A DNA stretch of 62,463 bases, filler included, from Craspedostauros australis (Eukaryota), in NCBI GenBank assembly GCA_030167865.1. It is 10 parts of 10 records of this genome, joined end to end, with 100 filler letters (N's around TTAATTAATTAA, not from the genome) between each part and the next. Parts side by side here need not be neighbours in the genome. Positions count along the whole stretch, not along the records: positions 1 to 17,522 come from JALAGF010006613.1; 9 more parts are not named here. One strand, given 5' to 3'. Of this stretch, positions 1 through 9,000 are shown piece by piece. Within the stretch, counting starts at the first letter, position 1. Each line of letters opens with the position of its first letter. Both the position numbers and the translations under genes were made by a program. Under the pieces are notes generated by a model that made no database searches, was not told the DNA's origin, and saw nothing but the letters and a program-made list of their open reading frames with translations.

Positions 1-3000
1 GTGACTTGCGTGCGCTTGAGAAAGCCGCTGAGGAAGATGGGCTTGTGTGGCGTTTCCACTCGTCCGACGAAGTCCCGAATGTCATTTGTGACACACACCG
101 ACGCTCCGCTGTCCCAGATGACTTGAAAGGTGGACTGGCCTTCGTTCTGGCCATGCGGAGTATCCATCAGGGAGAGGAGTCTGCCAGCTCTTGATGTGGG
201 TGGAACGTTGATTGCCATTGCACCAAAGAGTTGGTCAGTGATGTCACGCTCATGTCCCAGGACGAAGAAGCTCCGAAGCATACTGATAAGCCTGATGGCT
301 TGCTCAGAGACGGCTTTTGGGATTGGAATGTCCCAGTCATGTCTGTCGATGGGTTCTCCTGGGTCAAAATCCTCTCGGGATTGTTCTGATGTGGGAGTGG
401 AAGCTTCGTGATGGCCATTGTGTTGGTATCCGCGGTCATGGTCGCGAAGAAAGCGTTGGAAGGATCCATCTGCGAAGAGCTCCTCGTACAGTCCGGATGG
501 ATTGCGTGTGAAGCGATTGTCATTGTGAAGGCGCATCGGATACTGCGGATCCACATACGCTGGTCTCTTGTTGTGGCGTCCACGCTTCTTCCGAGCCTTG
601 TTCCAACGAGCCTTTGCATGTCGAAGATGTGCTCGTGGTGGGTGCTTGGGATCTTCCGATGGTCTGCCATGTAAGTAGCCAAGGACGGTTGCTGTCCCTA
701 ACCACAAGAAGATGGCCACTGTTTTCCATTCATGGAGGAGTCCGAGGAGGATGATCTGAACCAGGCCGAAGATGAGGGATGGGTTGGTCGCAAGGACAAA
801 CTGCAGGATCCATGTAAGCATGTGTTGCAAATGTTTCCAGAATCCAATTTGGTTGGTTGGTTCTGTTTCCATCATGCACATCCATGCCGAAGGGTCGATT
901 GCAAGATTGCCTTGGGCCTCCTTCNNNNNNNNNNNNNNNNNNNNNNNNNNNNNNNNNNNNNNNNNNNNNNNNNNNNNNNNNNNNNNNNNNNNNNNNNNNN
1001 NNGTCTTGTTGTCCATGAGCTTCTTCTGGGGCTCTCCTTTGCGAGGTGGTGTGGTCTTCCACGAGTTCTTTCGCGATTGGCCACGATCAATCTTCTTGTT
1101 CGTCTTCCTCCCTTGGTTAGGCTTCCGATTTCCAAGCAGTGGACAGTTGGCCTTGATGTGACCAGGCTTGCCGCAGTTGTAGCAGNNNNNNNNNNNNNNN
1201 NNNNNNNNNNNNNNNNNNNNNNNNNNNNNNNNNNNATTGCCTTGGGCCTCCTTCCTGCCCCCAAAGTTCTCTTGGTGTTCCGATGTACCATGAGAGATGC
1301 GCCAGTGCTTGCACTTGGCGCACCAGTGATACGTCTTGTTGTCCATGAGCTTCTTCTGGGGCTCTCCTTTGCGAGGTGGTGTGGTCTTCCACGAGTTCTT
1401 TCGCGATTGGCCACGATCAATCTTCTTGTTCGTCTTCCTCCCTTGGTTAGGCTTCCGATTTCCAAGCAGTGGACAGTTGGCCTTGATGTGACCAGGCTTG
1501 CCGCAGTTGTAGCAGCTGACAGCGACTTGGGAGTTGCCTTTGCTGGACTGGATGAGCGTCCAGGCTTGGCTGATGTCTTGGTCCAAGGTTGCTGCAGCAT
1601 GAGCGCCATGGCGAGGAATGGATCGGTCCTTTGTGCGTTGGTGGGCATGCCAGCGCCCGTCTTCCACCTCGATGTTGTAGAGCAACACAGCCTTGCGGCA
1701 AATGTTGCGCCATGTCATCTTGTGTTGGAGGAGGAGACGCTTCGCTAGTTCTCGGTCCATCAGCCTGGTCTTCATCAGGAGATCGTTGAGGAGCGATGAC
1801 ATGTCATGGAGATCATGCCGAAACTTCTCTCCATGACCACCTGGGNNNNNNNNNNNNNNNNNNNNNNNNNNNNNNNNNNNNNNNNNNNNNNNNNNNNNNN
1901 NNNNNNNNNNNNNNNNNNNNNNNNNNNNNNNNNNNNNCTTGTCGCACATGAGCTCGATGTTCTCTCCCGGAAACTTGTTGGGTTTGAGATGTCGGACTTG
2001 CTCCTTGATGCGCTCGTACTTGTCGTTGGTGGATGGATCGCTGCCCATCACCAGCTCAACCACGAGCATGCGGATGTCATGGTTGTACTCTGGTTGGGCT
2101 CGTCCACTGGTCTTGCGGAAGAGGTCCTGGTCCACGGATCCCTTGAAGAGGCGATATGCCGTCATCATGTTGTACCAATCGTACGCGTCGTAGAGGTCCT
2201 GGTGGTCGTTGATGGTATCAATGACATTGTCTGAGGTGTAGATACCTGAGTTGTCAAAGATNNNNNNNNNNNNNNNNNNNNNNNNNNNNNNNNNNNNNNN
2301 NNNNNNNNNNNTAACGTGCTGCTCGATTACCTCGTGGTTTATCTCACAGTCTTTCCTAAAACATTGCCCAAGATGGCATGTTGATTTACACGATACTCCG
2401 TGTTATTCTCGCCTTTGGGTCTTTCTTCATCTCTCCTGGTCTTGCCTAATCTTGATATCTGTTTGATCACATATGGATTGATCCGTCTACGTTGACGAGG
2501 TGCATGCATCACCTCTGACGATGTTGTTCTGGATCCTAAATGTTGTTGCCACGTGCTCGATGATGCACTCGGCTAGGCTAGACAGGTCAGCATACCATGA
2601 CTAAAATATAATCTCGATTCCGAGGATCACAATGACCGATCCTCTGACGTCATACGATGATGTCAGTGCCTACGTCANGTTCGATGACNGTAGTGACNGA
2701 ATNTCAATCGTGTAATCAAGACTCACTCGACTATACTCTCAAATCGAGTCGAATCAAAAATAGTGAATCACGTTTCAGTCATGGGAGATGGGTACCTAAT
2801 TTCGCTCTAGATGTTGATATCCCTTGAAGAGGCGGTATGCCGTCATCATGTTGTACCGATCATAAGCGTCGTAGAGGTCCTGGTGGTCGTTGGTGGTATC
2901 AATGACATTGTCTGAGGTGTAGATACCTGAGTTGTCAAAGATGCTGACCATCTTGGTCTTGTCCACTGGGCTTCGGACGTAGGTGATGGCATCGATTCCT

Positions 3001-3830
3001 CTCATCTCACACTCTTCCTTCAGCTCGGAGAGGAAGTTGAGAAGATCGTCGCCGCGTTTGTAGCGTGGGCTGATTCCTTTCTCCATGGTGACTTGGATCT
3101 TGGATTCAGCACAGCTGTTGGCAGGGCGTCGTTGGTACGGATGGTGGTATCGCTTCTTCTCGCGCACCAATCCGCTCCAGTCTGCCTTCGGTGCTCCACC
3201 AGTCCAGGCCATGTGCCGACGTTCCTCGGCACAGACTCCTCCCATGATGGGCTTGGTCGGTTTCTTGCCGACCTTGCCTCCTCGACCAGCTGAGGGTCCG
3301 TTCCCGCCTCCGCCACCACCATCATCATCGCTTGGGTCGCTGTCGTCTCCAGAGTCGTCTCCGCCACCTCCACCAAAGAGATCGTCATCATTGTCATCAG
3401 AGATGTCGCTGGCATTGTTGTCCTTGCTCTTGTCATCGTCGATGTCGTCGTTCTTCGGCTTGTCGTTCTTGCGGTTGCCTTCGTCATTGGGCTCCAAGAC
3501 GTCATCCAGTCCCTTCATCATGATGGGTGACATAATCTCACTGATGAGCTTGCTGGCACCAAGGATGCTTCCTGGGGTTGCGGGATCCGACTTCATCAGT
3601 CCTTCGTATGCCTCCATACGTTGCTTGAGATTGGCCTCTCTTTCAGCCAGTATGGCTTGTGCTGCTTCGAGCTGGGCCTTTGCTTCGTTGAGCTGGGCCT
3701 CGTCTTGCTTCAGACGGGCCTCACGGAGATCTACTCCATCATCATCATGCTGTTGGATTTCCGTTCGATCGGTTTGTTCTGCTGCTGCGGTCTCGCCGGG
3801 CAGCACCATGTCCTTGCTGGCATCAGTCAT
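1..3830 (-). mobile_element. CoDi-type Ty1/copia retrotransposon, gag-protease part (runs off the window start; gapped and partly duplicated by assembly)
   Basis: Minus-strand Gag ORF 2796..3830; Zn-knuckle variant YHWCAKCKHWRISHGTSEH at ~1275-1335; aspartic protease motif FQVIWDSGASVCVTND at ~80-130; 2140-2261 duplicates 2820-2941. Confidence 0.8.
2312..2819 (-). mobile_element. LTR-like repeat (5' end TATCAACATC) inserted in the gag above
   Basis: Breaks gag at 2819/2820, while the parallel copy at ~2131-2150 is uninterrupted; the same terminus recurs at 17441-17522 with a different flank. Confidence 0.65.
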
Positions 3831-5206
3831 GCTGATTCACTTCTTGAGCGTTTGCCTTGCAGGTGGCAGATCTTGTCTGCTTGTCGATATCGTTGTCGCC
3901 ACGTGCTGGGATCCAACTTCCTGGCGGAAGGTGTGCACAGGATTCTGAGCTCCGGCGATGGTTGGTGGGCTGTTTCGTGAACAGCNNNNNNNNNNNNNNN
4001 NNNNNNNNNNNNNNNNNNNNNNNNNNNNNNNNNNNGGTGGGCTGTTTCGTGAACAGCGGTTGGTAGTCTGGACTACTCCAGCTTCTTGTTTCGCTTGGGT
4101 AGTCAGGGGTATTCGCTGCATTGCGTTGTAGCAGAGGAAGCGTAGTTAGTGGATTCGAAGAATCAGATCGCAGCTACCAGTTAAATTGCGTCAGTTCGCA
4201 TCGTTTTTCGCGTGTCCGAGATGTCCCCGTAGATGGAACAAATCCGGATTGGATCGTTGTTGTTGTTCGTTGTTCGTTGTTGGCAATAGGGACGGACTTT
4301 GTGTTTTTGTTGCTGTGAGAAAATTGTTTGTTGCGTTGCCTTGAGCAAGCGTTCAATGTCGCAACTCGGACCGACTGATGAAGTCGTTTGGTGTCAGAGT
4401 TTACGATGGGAAGACGAGAGTGAATGCAATTAATTTGTACTGTGTTTGAAGAGTGTTTTTGATTTGTGAACTTTTGCATTTTATGATTAAGTTGATGATA
4501 AAGATAATGAAGATGATGATGAAGACAATGAAGAGACAACAATCATGCAGGACATGTTTCTTGGCAGTTTGGTTTGCAGGAGATTTCCTGCAGACATCAT
4601 TGTGCTCTCTGCAGAGCAAGACACTTGGCTGTGTGCCTTGTTTCACTCCTTTCTTGCTATGTATTGATCCTTCAAGCATCTCATGTTCTCCTGCTGATCT
4701 TGGTTCGTCTTGGAGCAGCAGAGTCATGGCTCCTACTTCTATCATTCTGTCTATGTCAAGGGCTGAGGTCATACATGCAAGAAGTCTTTGCAGTTCAATC
4801 CAATCACTCTTGTGATTCAAATATAAGCTGCAATGAACCTCTTGATAAACATCAGTGATTGGNAGTCTCCAATCCCTTGTTTCTCTGCAGTTCCCATTTG
4901 GTCTTGGTTCGTACCGAGGGGTACACGCAACGTGTTGGCGGACAGTCGTGAGAAAACCAAGACCAAATAATTTTGGGGGGGAAATGTCAAATTGGACTAA
5001 CCCGATTACAAGGAAACTCTGAAGAGTGTCCTGCTTTCGGATGTCCAAGGCCTCATGTTGTAACTATGGTCAATCAAGTCGGAGGATTTCGCGCCAAAAC
5101 AAGAATTTCTCCCATCAGGGACACCCGGCAAATCCATCAAACTGGATGGTATTCGACTAATTCGACCTCATCGATCTTCTCCTTCGGTTTTCGCTTTGTT
5201 CCCCTC

Positions 5207-5960
5207 TGTCAGGAATCGGGGGTACGCTTTTACCGAGATACCCATGATTGCCGCACCTCCCAATAATATCTTCACAACTCGACGAGATCAACTTTATTGG
5301 TAACACTCGGACCACCTTGCAGCCTGTCCCCCATCAACTCTCTGTTCATGAATGACATCAACATCAGTCATGTCCCACCATGGAACCTATCCATGAACCA
5401 CCGCTGTGATGAGGGCGAACCTATGGATCGACCTCTAGGGATGTAATCGCACATGAGCCAAGACTATGGACGAAGCTGTCGATATGTATCAGACATGTCG
5501 ACGCGCATCGACGGACAAGGGATCGCTTCTCTGAGAAAGAGAAACGGAGGCGATGCCTCTATCCGCTCCAGAGCACGATCGACGACGTGACATGCATTCA
5601 TCATAACCAGCGTGTATGCAATATTGGATCAGAAGGAATGCTGAGGAACCGAGGTCAAGTGGGATCGATCAGACTGAGACCCATGCTGAAGGTACCTGTG
5701 CGTCTATGAGAGATGATGCTCGAATGTAGAAGATGCAAATCACCACGACGATGCATGATGAATCTGCAGAGGAGAGCATGAGAACAAGTTGATGAAGCAG
5801 ATGAGAGCAACCATGGACATGTGCATGATCATGATGAACTGCTACGGATTACACTTGCTGCTGAATTGGAATTGAAGAGTCAAGGAGTTTGTTCTCACAG
5901 TTCTAAATTGGTACAGATTGATAACAGATTAATCTACTACCTAACCCCAGATTTCCAACA
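5207..5960 (+). repeat. 5' LTR (754 bp)
   Basis: TGTCAGGAATC...ATTTCCAACA; matches 12323-13010. Confidence 0.95.
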
Positions 5961-6042
5961 CGTTTCGAAACGTTACGATTGAAATCCAACGTTTCCATCA
6001 CCCACCAACACAGCAACGAACATCACCACCACTACTTCNACC

Positions 6043-9000
6043 ATGAGCTCCCANCTCTTCAAGTCTGATCGCGTTGTCGTCTTCGACGGCAAGCGTTCCA
6101 GTTGGAAAGGCTGGAGTATCAAGTTCATCACCCGCGCCACGCGCAAGGGGCTTGGGGACTTTTACCTCATGGACTATGACGATGTAGTGGTGAAGCCAGC
6201 TCCGTTCAGCTCAGACCCCTTGGCTCCCATTCCTAAAACGGAGGAAGGCGCGAGTGAACCGAAGAAAGTATCCTCCCTGACCCGTGCGGAAAGGGCAGAG
6301 TACAAGAAGATGCTGGCTAAGTATGCGTTCGAAGAACTGACCGTGGCTATCAACCACGAAACTACNNNNNNNNNNNNNNNNNNNNNNNNNNNNNNNNNNN
6401 NNNNNNNNNNNNNNNNNNNNNNNNNNNNNNNNNNNNNNNNNNNNNNNNNNCTTGAGCGCATCTACGAGCAACGAACCGCGCCTATGAAGGCAAAGTTGTT
6501 GGCTCAACTCAACGGGATGCGATTGAAGAAAGGCGAGAACCCAGACACGTTCCTCACCGAAATGGAAGTGCTGCGCAATCGTCTCGGTAACACTGGTATC
6601 AACATGGATATGCAGCAGTACCACATGCTCGTACTCAACGCCCTTGGCAAGGAGTACGAAATGGATGTGAAGATCATAGAACTCAGATTCCTCGGAAAGG
6701 AAGAGACCATGACCATCGAAGACATCCGCGAGACCATGAGTGCCACCTACGACGGCCGCAACATCAAAGGAGGCAACTCCAACCGTGGCGGCAACAACAG
6801 CAAGGAGGAGATGGCACTCGCAGCCATTGGGAGCTTCAAGGGCAACTGTCGCAACTGTGGCGCCTACGGCCACAAGAAGGCCGACTGTCGCTCCGCAGCC
6901 AAGAAGGGCAACGGCAAGAACAAGTCGAAGGGCCAAGGCAATGGCGGTGGCAAACCCAAATTCAACGGGGAATGCAACTACTGTGGCAAGAAGGGGCACA
7001 AGATCGTGCAGTGCTTCAAGCTCCGGGCCGCTATGAAGGAGGCAGACTCTGCCAACGTCGCTACCGACGGAATGGATGGAGCTGACGACGTCGCACTCAC
7101 CGCATCAGATGAAATGATGTGTGTGTTCATCAACGAAGACGCGACCGAAGACGAAAATGTGATCAACGAAAAACTCAACAAAATCACGGAATTCGCGAAC
7201 CAAGACAGAAATGTGACCACACAGGACCGTGTGATTTCACACGATGATGACGTGATGATGGACGACATGGCGTTCATCACGATCGACGTCGACGGAACCG
7301 CCAGCTTCGAGAGCGGAACATCCAACGCGGAGAGAGCGTGGACTTCCGAGGATATGGCCAAGCACTCTCCACGAGAGTACGGTTACTACGGGCCCCCTAT
7401 CAACGATGGGGAGATGATCAAAGACGAGCTCTTTTCATCCGACGTAGAAACAGAGGACCCCGACGATGTGGTCACAGAGCACCACGAGGGAACGACAGAT
7501 GAGGAAGACGCAGACGTGACGGAGATGGCAATGACAGGAGTCGACAACGACAACATCGACCGCGCCATCAACGAACCGGTCTATAGTCTCCCATCCCGTC
7601 CAAGCGCACTCGACGACATGATCGAGCGATCATCACGTCGCGACATGAACAACGGATGGTGTCCGTTGTGCCTCAAGCGCGGGCCTCTCTACGCATGGTG
7701 CGTGGACTGCCCAAACATTCCTTTCTTCATCCAGCTCGCCAACGAGCCAAGAGATGCCGTGCCTAGAAACGAAGGCGAAAGGATGGTACGCAGAGAGGTG
7801 CTAGAAGAGACGAGTGGAATGTTGTTCGAGACCGCCCGATGCTCGCTGAGCAACGTCCTTTCACCAAACGACGTCCGGTCCGAACTCTCCCTCATCTGCT
7901 TCGACGCAGTGCATGATATCGCAACCCTCAGACTAACGGGGGTGGAGCCACGCTCCCTGTACTACTTAATGCACCAAATCGGAGTGCGAGGCGCACTCGA
8001 CATCTGTGTCAACGCATACCGGATGAACGGAATGCTGGAAAGCGTTCGCCTCCAACCAATCCAACAAGCGCTAATCGGAGCTATGAGCAGCACCGCATCG
8101 GAGCAGCTGATGTGGATGCACCATCCGAGCATCAACGGCGTCCGTGATTATCGTACTCACTGCGAGTTAACACTATACAGCGATGCCAACGGCCACGAAA
8201 TGGCAATGGTGATCGGCGACTTGGACGACGTCGATACGCGCAAGTCGACCATCGCACCCNNNNNNNNNNNNNNNNNNNNNNNNNNNNNNNNNNNNNNNNN
8301 NNNNNNNNNCGATGCCAACGGCCACGAAATGGCAATGGTGATCGGCGACTTGGACGACGTCGATACGCGCAAGTCGACCATCGCACCCGACCGTCACGAG
8401 GTCAACACCTGGTTGGGAGATTCCGGTGCCTCCTGTCACCTCACGAACAACGACGAGGGCATGACCAACGTGCGCACAGCGAATCATTCCATCAAGGTAG
8501 GCAGCGGTCGATACCTCAGGGCAACCAAGGTGGGGNNNNNNNNNNNNNNNNNNNNNNNNNNNNNNNNNNNNNNNNNNNNNNNNNNNNNNNNNNNNNNNNN
8601 NNNNNNNNNNNNNNTATGGGTCAACCTCTTGAGCATCAACAAGGCTCTCGAAAACGGTTTCGATATCAGCAACCGAGGTGTGATCATGTCCTTGGAGAAG
8701 AAGGGACAACGCATTCGCTTTGATCGCATCATTGCGACGCACAGTGGATTTGTGAGTGGCGTGAACATGATAGCCGCTCCAGCACACGACGATCAAGCCA
8801 ACGTCGGGGTGTCGACGAAGAAACCGATCGACATCAACAAAATCCATAAAATGTTAGNCCATGTTGACACTTACACCATCTCTCGCACTGCGGGACGATA
8901 CGGATGGAATGTCACAGGGAAGCTGAACGCTTGTGTGGATTGCGCGATCGGCAAATCGCGACAAAGAGGATTGACGAAGACTCTACAGCCGAGAGCAAAG

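Noticed and set aside
732..3948. Long plus-strand ORFs 732..1748 and 3085..3948
   Set aside because: Antisense shadows of the gag frame; no independent motifs.
4170..4179. TGGTAGC on minus as tRNA-iMet PBS
   Set aside because: Only a 7-nt match, not adjacent to a demonstrable LTR end.
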